The notes beneath the pieces are model-generated. The model made no database searches. It was not told the DNA's origin and saw nothing but the letters and a program-made list of their open reading frames with translations. DNA of 64,000 nucleotides from Octopus sinensis. Lineage: Eukaryota. Shown piece after piece: positions 27,220-39,965 of the stretch. The stretch spans positions 285,645-349,644 of the forward strand of contig NW_021833024.1 in NCBI RefSeq assembly GCF_006345805.1, given 5' to 3'. The position numbers and the translations under genes are program-made. Every line of letters begins with the position of its first letter. Positions within the stretch are counted from its first letter, which is position 1.

Positions 27220-28453
27220 TCAGACACGCCTACTTAGTCGTTCAAACTCCATTTGTTCCTTTCTCTGCTCCTTATCGAGCATTGCTGATACAATCTTTTC
27301 ACGTAGAAAAGTCTCCTCCTTGGATATCCGATCCATCTTATCACGTCTTTGTTCAATTCTTAAAGACTCCTCCTCCAGTTTGCGGACAGTCTCCCTCTGC
27401 AATTCAAGCATATCGCTCTCCCTCTTGGCAATAGCCTGGGCACGACTCTGCCATATAAAACACAATAACCTCAATACGAGAAAAAATGTGAGACAATATC
27501 CGAATTGACTCCACTTTACGCTTAGACAAAATAATTCTTCGTTCATCCAGCAATATCTTTCTCTTCAGAGAAGCTTCGTGAGACAATGTGAGTGATCTAC
27601 GACTGGCAATACTCTCCTCACTCATATACCCATCCCGATCGAAGGAAACCTAAAATAAGAAAGAAAAACAACGATTAGGGAAGTTGTCAACATTTGTAAT
27701 GAGACGGGATGTTTGTACAGCAATTTTGTATTCCTCAAACCTTCCATTGCTCGGACAAATGACGAATACTCCTCAAACTGGACATACAAATCAAAAAACA
27801 GTTTAGTATTATAACTAAACGTCTTAAAGTCTTCCTCGGGCACATCTCTGGGCACTTCGACTGCTTTCACTCTCCCAAAAACCTGGAAAACCTGCAATAA
27901 AGTTCAGAAAGCACCGATTTTATTATATCGAGGTCAAAATCATCTCCACGACTGAACCATTTGGTCGGCAACTGTCGGAATACAACTGTATCTGGCTTTC
28001 CTGACTTGTCTAAACATGCCTCCCATTCCTGTCGGGTTGGGAAACACTGTTTTGCTGGGGCCGACTTGACCTGAACAGTCTCAGAACAGAAATACAGCCA
28101 ATCCTTCTGATATTCCACTCAGTTTGATTGACCGTCCTTCCAATCTTTGTAGGACTGATTTTATTCCGTCCTGTGAGTCAATATCGGCCTCAAAACGGAG
28201 GAATTGTGCGTTTGTTTTGATTGTATGTAAATTGTTTAGCTCAAATGGACGGGATAAGTTCTTTTTATTAGTAAATTTATACTTTTAGTTTTTCCATGAC
28301 TTCCCAGTTTGTGATCGCCTTTCCGATGCTTCTCATGTCTGGCAGTTTTACGGTTATACTTATTCTGTTTATTGGTTTAAGAAACAGTCCGTATTTGGCT
28401 GATAATTCAACCAAATCAGACGAGTCTTCGCAACTGTCGAAACATGAATCCAT
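27220..28453 (-). CDS. AKAP17A: A-kinase anchor protein 17A (splicing factor XE7/SFRS17A)
   Basis: Spliced translation YGLFLKPINRISITVKLP...GKAITNWEVMEKLK; FLRFEADI; GRSIKLSG; CFPTRQEWE; PDTVVFRQLPTKWF; YVQFEEYSSFVRAMEGLRNTKLLYK; coiled-coil C-terminus. The 3' end is uncertain. Confidence 0.88.
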
Positions 28454-31144
28454 TTTATGTACCCAACAAGACTATTTTGTACGTTTTTTATATATTATAC
28501 ATAAAAAAAATCTTTTTATTAAATTCTAAATATTTAATAGATATTTAAACTTAGCATATATGATTTATCAAATTATGTGCCGTGGAAATGTCTTCACTAT
28601 TGATTACGACACATACTACCAAAATGAGTCTCTTATATATCAAATGACGGTTTTGCCCTGATCAGCCGCCCCATGAGATTCGGCCTAAGTTTACAAGACT
28701 TAGGTTTAATTAAAAAGACGCATAATAGCCTAAATCGGTGATAAAAAACATGACAATGAACATATATAGCCTCTGTTTGTATTCAATTTTAAAAAAAGAG
28801 AAAAAAAATATTTGGTAGTGACCCTCTTTTTAAGCAAAAAATGCCTAATCAATTTAACATTTTAACTGTTGATACAGAAATTATGACACGGATGAAACAT
28901 TTCGAACTTTGTGGCAAATTCATGGACGACAATTCTATTCTTTTGAAAGCAGAAAAAGTTTTTTATATTTTAAATTTTCTTTGTTGCTGTGTGCAAATAT
29001 AGCTGGAACTGATACAAAATTTATTGATGATTTGAAAATTTAAGAAGCCTTTACGAATTTTAATGTTAAAAAAATATATTTATTATAGAATTTTTAAAAG
29101 TCGTGGATGAGTAGCAAAATTTCCAACGAAAGGGTTCTTTCATGGAATTGTGATCTTCAAAAGAAAAAACAAAAATTCTGCTTTTTGTAGTTCAATTCCT
29201 TTCACATAAAATTTATTCTAACTTGGAAACAATCGAACTGCTTTCTGCAAAAACGACCACAATTTTACATCAAGGAATCATCCGTTCATTTAAAGCTACT
29301 TTAACTAATTTAAACTTGAGGCGATGTTAGACTAAATTGACAATAAACTGATCCTGTAAATTCACATAAGAAGTTGAATTTAAAAAACCGCTTGTTGTTT
29401 ACATATTTTGAATAAACAAATTTTAAATCTCAACAAGATTTGGTCGGTCCCGAAAAATGGCGAAATTTAGACGTTTGAGTGTATTATTTTTATGCAACAA
29501 TTATACATTTAACTATTCTTTGTATTGATTTAAAATAAAACAATCCTAATCAGCCGACAGCCGTAGAAGGCAAAGGCGGACTGGTGGGTTAACTTAAAAA
29601 TTTTTTAGTCGTTAGAACTAATAAAATTCTTTCAACAGTATTGTTAATGAGATCTCAAACACGAGTCGTGATATCAAGACTATACTCCATCAACAATATA
29701 TTATACTTTAGCAAATATAAAGCAAAAAATTACTGGTTTTTTAATGTTTTGTTTTTTTATTTTATAATCTTTATATTAAATTTATAAATATTAATATATT
29801 ATATAATTATATAATAATTATTTAAAAACCTTTTCCTTGTTGTTGGTCACTTCCGCTTATTTTTTAATGCCTGGAAAACGTTCAAGATTTGAAGGAAAAT
29901 TCTCACCAGTAAAACCATTTTTAATATTTCTAGCAAAGAATAAAACGAGTAATGCAATATGACGAAAACGTAGGCAAAATGACAGCCCCTGTGCCATTTC
30001 TGATGTGTACTCTTTTTCTCATTCATCTCCTAGCATACGTGCTCGAGCTTGTCTTTATGGACATTCTACAAAAAGTCTGCACTTATAGTAATAATTTGGA
30101 CCTGAAAAGATCTATAAAAGTGGAAGACATGTGAGAAATTGATTAATATTTGTTAGTAAGAATATTCTTTCGCCCAACCCTTCCTACTCCTTTCTGAGAC
30201 CTCTGATTGAGTCGACTGCCTCAGACTGCGAGCCTCCTGCTAAAAGATCAACAAAATCGTATATTTTTAATTTTATTTGTGATTAGACAGCTTCTTAAAG
30301 TTTCTCCTAATCAATTATAAACACATTTTTGTTACTTTTTTGTGTAAATGGAGTTGTTGGTGTTTTGAGATCTATTTAGTCTATTTTTTGACGGTTTAAT
30401 GTTGGCACGTTTTTGGTTTAGAAAGAAGTAAATTATTAATATATTTTATTTGAATTTTATTATTATATAATTACTAGCTCGGCAGCTCGCTTCGCTCACC
30501 GCGACCTAGCTCCTGCGGAGGGCCTGTTTCATCAAACAACTATAAGTTTATGTAGATGTATAAAACTACCTGGTTTAATGTAACCCTATTCTATCGCCTG
30601 TTGATAAACGATGTTTGTCGTCCGTCCTTCCTTGGCATATATGAATAAATTTTCTCTTCTGCCTACCCTCGAGCATCCCACATACAGCTGTCCATGTGAA
30701 AAGCACTCACTCTCTAAAAATAACCCAACTACCTTTAATGACTGTCCCTGGGCCTTGTTTATTGTCATTGCACACTTTTTTTTTCATTTTTTGTGGTTTA
30801 TTTTTTTTATATTTAATTTTTTCATTTTTCCTTTGTAATTTCCTTTTTTTTCTTTTTTTGTTTTTTACTGGCGGAAATGGGGCAGGGGGAGATGCGGCAG
30901 GCGGAAATGCGGCAGGCAAGAAAGCGACACACAAAAAAGCGACACACAAAAAAGATTTAATTAATTACCTTATTAAGCTGACCGTTTTTTCTTCAGCTTC
31001 GTTTTTCCTCCTTCGGTTATCTATTTAAAAATTATTTTTGAATAATAAAAAAGTTTAGGAAAAGAGGCATACCGAAAATAAATTCTATCTTTACGAAAAA
31101 CTCAAGTAAATAGTTAATATTTTTACGCAAATTCTTCTGATTGC

Positions 31145-31455
31145 GCTGTCAATTGGTGGTAAATTGTGTTATGGTTGTGCTAATGTGGTTTCAACTATCA
31201 AAGTGTTTTTAAAAATCTGTTAATTGCACACTCTATTCAAGGTCGTGCGTCAATTGGTGGTAAATTGTGTTAATGGTTGTGCTAATGTGGTTTCAACTAT
31301 CAAAGTGTTTTTAAAAATCTGTTAATTGCACACTCTATTCAAGGTCGTGCGTCAATTGGTGGTAAATTGTGTTAATGATTGTGCTAATGTGGTTTCAACT
31401 ATCAAAGTGGTTTTTCAAAATCTGTTAATTGCACACTCTATTCAAAGTCGTGCAA
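31145..31455. repeat. Tandem repeat, about 102-bp unit, 3 copies, inside the Helitron
   Basis: CAATTGGTGGTAAATTGTG recurs at 31150, 31251 and 31353. Confidence 0.9.
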
Positions 31456-31663
31456 TCTGTGATTGCACATTCTGTCAAAGTCAAATATGATAATAGCTTT
31501 AATTTTGATTCATGGTCGATAATGATATATGCATTTAATTTTAAAAAGAAAAACATAGGATGAATTGAATTTCTTTATCGCGAATAATTGGGAGTTCATC
31601 ATTGTTAATATTCTCGCTGTCGTTTTCATCAAGGATATTCTTAATACGTGAGATTTTTGCCTT

Positions 31664-32541
31664 GAAGGTTTTAATGGACCTCATCATGAATGTCGAGGAC
31701 ATTCGAGTTGTTCATTTTAATCAAAATGCAGAAAATAATTTTTTGATTTTTTGGGGGAAAGGTTTTAAGGACTTCATCATGTAAGTTGAGGACATTGTAG
31801 TTGTTCATTTTAACCAAAATGCAGAAATTTTTTTTTAATTTTTTTTGGGGGGAAGGTTTTAAGGACTTCATCATGTAAGTCGAGGACATTGTAGTTGTTC
31901 ATTTTAACCAAAATGCAGAAAATTTTTTTTTAATTTTTTTGGGGGGAAGGTTTTAAGGACTTCATCATGTAAGTCGAGGACATTGTAGTTGTTCATTTTA
32001 ACCAAAATGCAGAATTTTTTTTTTAATTTTTTTTGGGGGGAAGGTTTTAAGGACTTCATCATGTAAGTCGAGGACATTGTAGTTGTTCATTTTAACCAAA
32101 ACAGAAAATTTTTTTTTAATTTTTTTGGGGGGAAGGTTTTAAGGACTTCATCATGTAAGTCGAGGACATTGTAGTTGTTCATTTTAACCAAAATGCAGAA
32201 ATTTTTTTTTAATTTGTTTGGGGGGAAGGTTTTAAGGACTTCATCATGTAAGTCGAGGACATTGTAGTTGTTCATTTTAACCAAAATGCAGAAATTTTTT
32301 TTTTAATTTTTTTTGGGGGGAAGGTTTTAAGGACTTCATCATGTAAGTCGAGGACATTGTAGTTGTTCATTTTAACCAAAATGCAGAAAATTTTTTTTTA
32401 ATTTGTTTGGGGGGAAGGTTTTAAGGACTTCATCATGTAAGTCGAGGACATTGTAGTTGTTCATTTTAACCAAAATGCAGAAAATTTTTTTTTAATTTTT
32501 TTGGGGGGAAGGTTTTAAGGACCTCATCATGTAAGTCGAGG
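31664..32541. repeat. Minisatellite, about 93-94 bp unit, about 9.5 copies, inside the Helitron
   Basis: GAAGGTTTTAAGGACTTCATCATGTAAGTCGAGGACATTGTAGTTGTTCATTTTAACCAAAATGCAG repeated; variation lies mostly in T/G homopolymers. Confidence 0.95.
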
Positions 32542-32656
32542 CATCGTATTGCCAATTTGAAGTTGGTGTGCACACACAGACAGACAGACAGACAGACACA
32601 CACCATACCATTTTATTATTAAGATTTTTAATAAAATATTTAAAAAAGTTGCGTTA

Positions 32657-34611
32657 ATGTTACGATGTGGTGTCATTAAGAAACTTTATACAGCAAACAG
32701 TAGATCGGCTTCAAATGGAAGAGATTCATTTATTCGAAATATGTTTAAATTAAATTTTAATCAAGTAATTGTTTTATTAATAGACAATTTAAGAATATAT
32801 TCGAATATCCCGAACTATCTTCAATAGAAGAATTGGATAAAGTCAACAATCTGGTTAACCAAATGAAGGATCAATTGGCCCATAACTTATCAATGCATGA
32901 CTTTATCAAAGATAATCGAATCAGAGGATTGTGTGTGCCCAAAATATATGGTAGGCTTATATCAGCACACAAGGGGGACATGATTGGGACAAAAGACTGT
33001 ATTTACGCTTTATTGAGGAAATGGCCAAAGAAAATCCACGTTTGGCCCTGTCGGAGGCATTGCAGGTTTCCAATGCTATGCTGGTAAAGATATATACAAT
33101 ATTAAGGCTATTCTCTCATTTGGGTCAGACGAACACAAGAAAAGACTTATTCCGAGTTTTATATCCTCTACAAAACAACTATCTTTGGCTTATGCTGAAA
33201 AACACTGGTAGAGGAGACCTTCTATTGTTAGTGGTTCGGATTTTAGTCTCAACAAGACTGTTGCTGTGTTCGATTCAGAGAAAGATTGTTACATTTTAAA
33301 TGGAGAAAAGTCGTGGGTTTGTGAAGGAGATGTGTTATTAGTCACTGCCAAATTGAAGGAATGTCAGAATCTGTTTGTAGTGGAAGACCTTTGTGGTGTA
33401 GAAATGGAGAAGGATGGGGGTTTGTTTGAAGTACGTTTTAAGGATGTAAGGGTCCCCCCTTGTAACATTATTGGGGAGGGAGTTCGGGTTGGTTGATTGT
33501 ATGGTATTATAGATTGTACAAACATTGCATAGCTATGGAAGGTTGGCCATATCCGCCGTAGTTCTCGGTATTCTGAAAGGACAATTGGGTAGTCTAGTTA
33601 TTCATGTTTGTAGAAATATTAGTCAAGCACTCTCGGGGACATTCATCTTTTGGGAAACGACTAGTCGAACACTCCCTAATTAAGGTTTGGTGTACATTAT
33701 TTTATCAATAGAGGACAATTTCGGATGTGAGTAGTACAGTTTACTCAATCGAGAGTATGCTTTATCATGCTGGGAATATTTCCGACTTTGTGATGGAGTC
33801 ACAGGCTCTGAAGATATACTCAACCCGTCAATGTCTCCATGTGCTCTCCTCTCTGGTGGAGATATTGCCTGATGTGGGAGAGGTGTGTGGGTTGGCAAGG
33901 GAGTTGTGTGTTATGCAAGGAAGCAATAATCTAGCAAGTCTTTCCATGTCTCTCCACGGTATTCAGGAAGGTCAGGAACGTTTTGGTGGAGTGTCTGAAC
34001 AAGTTTTATTGCTATTAATGACAGACAGTTGATCAATCCGTTTGAGAATGTGTGGCTTAGACTTCGTGTCCATTTGCGAATGGAGAGAGTTCCCTATTTG
34101 AAAGGAAAGCAGTCTATCAAGTTACGAATGGAGGGATACTTTCATCAATCATTGAAGGCATCACGACGTATTGACCCCCTAGGAGCAAGCTGATGTACTC
34201 GAAAAGTGTATTCTTCAGCTCAATGGGGCGGTTTTTTGTGTGATTCGACGAAATTTGAATATCGCGGGGGAACAGCAACTGTTTTTGGACAGAATTTCAA
34301 AAATGACTGTTTTTATTTACAGACTATTCGCATGTTTGTGCAGGACGTCTAGATCTTTGTGTATTGGTCTTACGAGTGCTCCGATGGAGGTTGAATGGTC
34401 TGTTTGATGTCAGATGGCTATTTCTCGCTCTGTTGCAGCCGAAACGGAGATATTGGTGGGTTGTATTGTGGAGGAGATTGAAAATGGTTGGTGTGAATAT
34501 TCATTGATAGATTTAAATAAAGCAATGGATGATGCTGTGGATCATATCACATCCTACGTTGTGAAGAACGATGGAGAGGTCGCCTTTCATGCATTATCTA
34601 GGCAGTGGTAA
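32657..34611 (+). CDS. ACAD9: ACAD9/VLCAD-like acyl-CoA dehydrogenase family protein, divergent, likely complex I assembly factor
   Basis: Mitochondrial-type presequence; IFEYPEL; GLCVPKIYGG; AEKHCGSDF; YILNGEKSWV; ESMLY; ESQALKIYS; MQGSNNL..SLHGIQ; and the C-terminal extension EQQLFLDRI...LCRTSRSLCIGL typical of ACAD9/VLCAD. Confidence 0.8.
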
Positions 34612-34699
34612 TGTGACAGTGTGATATCATATTTTCAAATTTCTGTCGTATGAATATGATTTAGAAATTCATAGCTTTAAAGTCGAAAGCGCAATTATT

Positions 34700-35400
34700 A
34701 ATTCTGACTCTTCAAGCATTAGTGTTCACGCTTTGAGCATTTATGTCAGAGTTTCAAACATTAGCTTTTAACTGCATATAGCAAGCATTAACGTTTTTCG
34801 GGAATATTCTGTGTAAGAGTATGTGCAATTGGAAAATCTAACAGAGAAATAAGTGATAATCAAAATATGTTTCCATCCTTCAAGTCGAATACTAAATTCG
34901 GAGATATTTAGAGCAAACCTTGTGGTGGCGATTATTTTTTTTAAATTGATTATTTACACAATCGATACATTCTTGGTTTGGTCGAAAATACTATTGGGGC
35001 AAGATATTGATACTACAATTAAATTAAGAAAAAATATGCAGATAATTTTCGATGTTTAAAAATTGAAATCAAAATAAAAGACCCTATGTGAAAATGTAAA
35101 ACGCAGAAACATACAAAAGTAAGTATCAGTTTTGCGGACTGGACAAATATGGAATCATTTTCCATGAAATTATCAATTTTTTTTGAATGAGAAAACTGCT
35201 AAGATACATGTATGTTCCCTTTGCAGAGCAGAAAGTAAAAAATTAATGAATATAATTTTGATTCTTAAAAAAATGTTGTTTTGATTTCCGTCAAAACGTT
35301 AATGTATATTTATATTCTGCTTAAAAGCTTATTTTTAGACCTCGACATTAATGCATGATTCATTAACACTAATGCTTCAAGAGTCAACACTAGTGCTTGA
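34700..35400. repeat. Degenerate long inverted repeat (old MITE)
   Basis: GACTCTTCAAGCATTAGTGTT near 34706 and AACACTAATGCTTCAAGAGTC near 35366 are near reverse complements; similarity extends about 60 bp inward. Confidence 0.55.
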
Positions 35401-35500
35401 GCTTTTGATGTTAAAGCTCGGAAACCCAATTATAATAAACCAAATGGTTAAACAAGCAATCAAAATAACAATAAACAATATTAAAGTATAATTACAAAGA

Positions 35501-35962
35501 TTATTTAGAGTTTTTATTTATGTAATCGATGCTTTTTTGAGAATGATTAATTTGAAATTTCTTAATATTTTTTGTATTTTTATACTTTTCCTTATTGTTC
35601 ATAATCGTTCTCAAGAAACCACAATTCAAGCACATTTGCGTATTCACTAGTTTTATATAGTGTCGGAACATGAATTTTGTCATCTTCCTCTTCAACTTGG
35701 TCTCGCTGATTAGTTTTCTCGAAAAGTCCTGTATAAAGTTTTCTTTATCAATTTGATCATTTTCATGAATCAAAAAAATTTCATTATCTATTTCTGTCAG
35801 GTTCTGTATTAACGCATTTTCAAATGCTTTCTTGAAACATTTTGTAATTATCAATTTTGATACTTCTAACCGACCTTGATTTATGAATATCGAGCAATTT
35901 AATAGGTTGAATTTCTTCAACTTTTTCGTGATATATATTACCATCATTAGTATAAAATTCAA
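35501..35962 (-). other. Unidentified 153-codon ORF
   Basis: Open frame in AT-rich DNA (non-ATG start in the track); no recognised motif. Confidence 0.2.
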
Positions 35963-36879
35963 TCAAGTGTGCACATAGGAGTTATCTTTGATTTTATTAT
36001 TCCTTGATCAAAAATTTGTAACTTTGATGTATTTGAAGGGAAAAAAGAGTTTCATGTTACTGAACTTTAAATCATGTGAGTATACAGTAGCATTATCAAT
36101 TAGACTTTTCTTTTTGCAAAATCATTTTTTGTTCAGAAATAAGCATATATAATTCTCGCTTTTTTATTTGATTTTTATTTCATTTGTAAATTATTAATTA
36201 ATTCTTTTCTTACTTTAAATCAGCGTGTATTTTGGCTTTTCCAATAACGAATGGGTTGTCGGTTTATTAGACAGATTTTTGTCCGAGTCTACAGCTTCTG
36301 TTCAACAAAAGTTTAAAAAACAATCCAGTTCGTCTAAATTAAAAATATTAGTTTGAACAATATTGTTCCAATTTTCTATTTTCAATCACATATGTTTCAA
36401 AAAATTGATTTTCCTCGCATAAAGAATGAGGAGCAATGCAATATCGATTTTTAAAATTCTTATTGATGCTTGAAATCCTTGAATGGTACCCTAAATAAAT
36501 TGATATTTTTTCGAATATTAGATCCAAAATTAAAAAATATAAATTTTAACGACTTAGTGGTGTTAAAACGATACCACAAAAATGAAAGCTAAGCTATTAA
36601 CCACTACTTAAGAAGAAACCGTTATGGGCTTCATATAGAATCTATATTATAGATGCTTATAATCATTCCCTTAGCGGAAAAATTTATTGAAAAATTAACT
36701 TAGTTTTTTCTACGCAGTTCGGTGGAAAAAATCGAACAATGTCATCTATCAACTTGTAAAAGGAGTTATCCATTAGCTCACTTGCAGGGTTGTTTGGATT
36801 ATTTGATTTTAATCAAAAAAATCTATAATTTAAATCATTAAAAAATCATTTAAAATTGTTTAAATTGACTAAATTTTTT

Positions 36880-37200
36880 TTTCGCGGACAGAACGAGATT
36901 CCGAGCGATTTCCGAGGTAGAATCCTAAATAAGGGATTTCCCCTGCTCGTATGGGAAGGTAGGCGTTTCCGTCCCTTCTATCTAGTCCAACAGGTTCGAG
37001 GATTGACGGGACGTCGGCGGAAGCAAGGGCTCTCTGTATGATCGAGTTGAGTTCACTATGATGGGGGCACGACTAAACGTCTGGTAGAAGGCATGATTTC
37101 TTGTGGGTTCACTTCGATAAACATATTATTCCTAGATAAACTGGCAGTCGAGACAGATGCAGTAATTGCGGGAAGGAGGTACAAGGTCTCGTATCTTGGA
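36880..37200 (-). mobile_element. CRE-like RLE-domain remnant
   Basis: RALASADVPSILEPVGLDRRDGKR motif. Confidence 0.7.
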
Positions 37201-37232
37201 TAAGCAGCATTATTTGTTATGCAGAACTAAAT

Positions 37233-37615
37233 TTGATATCCTTGAAAATCCGTCCAAAAGTTGAAAGTGGTTTAATCAGCAAATTGCCCTTGAGGATGAG
37301 AGACCAATCATTAATCAATTTCGTTACTGCGATGACGTTATCGACAAAATTTGATAGATGTGAAATTCTCCAGGTGCGTATATCCACTAACACTCCTTTT
37401 GCTGCTGTAGAAAATCTCGAATTTGTTTACTTGAATCTTCAATCCGTTGCACTAGATTTTGCCAAGTCTGCCGAGCAACGGTTTGGATGTAAAATCGGGA
37501 GTCTTGTGACAGACAATCCTGCCAACATGGCTAAAAATAGGCGGATAATGAGGCAAGATGACAGTGAAATTTTATATATTATTATGAGTATCTTTTTGAC
37601 TTTTAAAAATTATAA
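37233..37615 (+). mobile_element. hAT (DUF659-like) transposase remnant
   Basis: AEQRFGCKIGSLVTDNPANM resembles the hAT VTDNAxNM catalytic-Asp motif. Confidence 0.65.
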
Positions 37616-37617
37616 TT

Positions 37618-39965
37618 TTCTAAGGGACCGATCTCGTGAAGAGGTCGAATCACCTTCATTATCTCATGAATATCCTATTTAAGCTCTTTATTGATTTATG
37701 TTCCTAAGGGACCGATCTCGTGAAGAGGTCGAATCACCTTCATTATCTCATGAATATCCTATTTAAGCTCTTTATTGATTTAATGTTCCTAAGGGACCGA
37801 TCTCGTGGAAAGGGGTCGAATCACCTTCATTATCTCATGAATATCCTATTTAAGCTTTTTATTGATTTAATGTTCCTAAGGGACCAATCTCGTGAAAGGT
37901 CGAATCACCTGAAAATAATTTTTTTTTTATTTTTTGGCTTGAAGGTTTGGGGGACCTCATCATGTGAGTCGAGGACTTTCTTGTTGTTCATTTTAACAAA
38001 AACGCAGAAAATAAATTTTTTTAATTTTTTGACTTGAAGGTTTTGGGGGACCTCATCATGAGGTCGAATCACCTTCATTATCTCATGAATATCCTATTTA
38101 AGCTCTTTATTGATTTAATGTTCCTAAGGGACCGATCTCGTGAAGAGGTCGAATCACCTTCATTATCTCATGAATATCCTATTTAAGCTCTTTATTGATT
38201 TAATGTTCCTAAGGGACCGATCTCGTGAAGAGGTCGAATCACCTTCATTATCTCATGAATATCCTATTTAAGCTTTTTATTGATTTAATGTTCCTAAGGG
38301 ACCGATCTCGTGAAGAGGTCGAATCACCTTCATTATCTCATGAATATCCTATTTAAGCTCTTTATTATTGATTTAATGTTCCTAAGGGACCGATCTCGTG
38401 GAAAGGTCGAATCACCTTCATTATCTCATGAATATCCTATTTAAGCTTTTTATTGATTTAATGTTCCTAAGGGACCAATCTCGTGGAAAGTCGAATCACC
38501 TGAAAATAATTTTTTTTAATTTTTTGGCTTGAAGGTTTTGGGGGACCTCATCATGAGGTCAAATCACCTTCATTATCTCATGAATATCTTTTTTAAGCTC
38601 TTTATTGATTTCATGTTCCTAAGGGACCGATCTCGTGAAGAGGTCGAATCACCTTCATTATCTCATGAATATCCTATTTAAGCTCTTTATTGATTTAATG
38701 TTCCTAAGGGACCGATCTCGTGAAGAGGTCGAATCACCTGAAAATAATTTTTTTAATTTTTGGCTTGAAGGTTTGGGGGACCTCATCATGTGAGTCGAGG
38801 ACTTTCTTGTTGTTCATTTTAACAAAAACGCAGAAAATAAATTTTTTTTAATTTTTTGACTTGAAGGTTTTGGGGCCTCATCATGAGGTCGAATCACCTT
38901 CATTATCTCATGAATATCCTATTTAGCTCTTTATTGATTTAATGTTCCTAGGGACCGATCTCGTGAAGAGGTCGAATCACCTTCATTATCTCATGAATAT
39001 CCTATTTAAGCTCTTTATGATTTATGTTCCTAAGGGACCGATCTCGTGGAAAGGTCGAATCACCTTCATTATCTCATGAATATCCTATTTAAGCTTTTTA
39101 TTGATTTAATGTTCCTAAGGGACCAATCTCGTGGAAAGGTCGAATCACCTGAAAATAATTTTTTTTAATTTTTTGCTTGAAGGTTTTGGGGGACCTCATC
39201 ATGTGAGTCGAGGACTTTCTTGTTGTTCATTTTAACAAAAACGCAGAAAATAAATTTTTTTAATTTTTTGACTTGAAGGTTTTGGGGACCTCATCATGAG
39301 GTCGAATCACCTTCATTATCTCATGAAATATCCTATTTAAGCTCTTTATTGATTTAATGTTCCTAAGGGACCGATCTCGTGAAGAGGTCGAATCACCTTC
39401 ATTATCTCATGAAATATCCTATTTAAGCTCTTTATTGATTTAATGTTCCTAAGGGACCGATCTCGTGAAGAGGTCGAATCACCTTCATTATCTCATGAAT
39501 ATCCTATTTAAGCTTTTTATTGATTTAATGTTCCTAAGGGACCGATCTCGTGAAGAGGTCGAATCACCTTCATTATCTCATGAATATCCTATTTAAGCTC
39601 TTTATTGATTTAATGTTCCTAAGGGACCGATCTCGTGAAGAGGTCGAATCACCTGAAAATAATTTTTTTTAATTTTTTGGCTTGAAGGTTTTGGGGGACC
39701 TCATCATGTGAGTCGAGGACTTTCTTGTTGTTCATTTTAACAAAAACGCAGAAATAATTTTTTTTTAATTTTTGGCTTGAAGGTTTTGGGGGACCTCATC
39801 ATGAGGTCAAATCACCTTCATTATCTCATGAATATCTTTTTTAAGCTCTTTATTGATTTCATGTTCCTAAGGGACCGATCTCGTGAAGAGGTCGAATCAC
39901 CTTCATTATCTCATCATATTTAACCTCTTTATTGATTTCATGTTCCTAAGGGACCGATCTCTTTG
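37618..39965. repeat. Composite higher-order tandem array: runs of an 85-bp unit punctuated by a Helitron-related module
   Basis: Unit A GAGGTCGAATCACCTTCATTATCTCATGAATATCCTATTTAAGCTCTTTATTGATTTAATGTTCCTAAGGGACCGATCTCGT in runs of about 3,5,2,3,4,2 copies. The separators contain GAAGGTTTTGGGGGACCTCATCATGTGAGTCGAGGAC, homologous to the 31664-32541 unit. Confidence 0.95.

Larger units (their letters stand above)
30474..32624 (-). mobile_element. Non-autonomous Helitron (2151 bp) with both termini
   Basis: 5' A|TCTTAATAATAAAA at 32624 followed by a (GTCT)n microsatellite. 3' hairpins (CTCCGCAGGAG, GCGAAGC) then CTAG|T at 30474. PIF1-helicase C-terminus MTINKAQGQSLKVVGL...FSHGQLYVGCSRVG at 30586-30768. 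Confidence 0.92.

Noticed and set aside
30696-31028. Low-complexity ORFs inside the Helitron (Phe-rich and Lys-rich)
   Set aside because: They arise from poly-T/poly-A and short repeats, with no coding signal.
37618-39965. CRISPR-like appearance of the repeat arrays (also 31664-32541)
   Set aside because: Units are contiguous or separated by repeated, not unique, modules; there are no cas genes and the context is eukaryotic.
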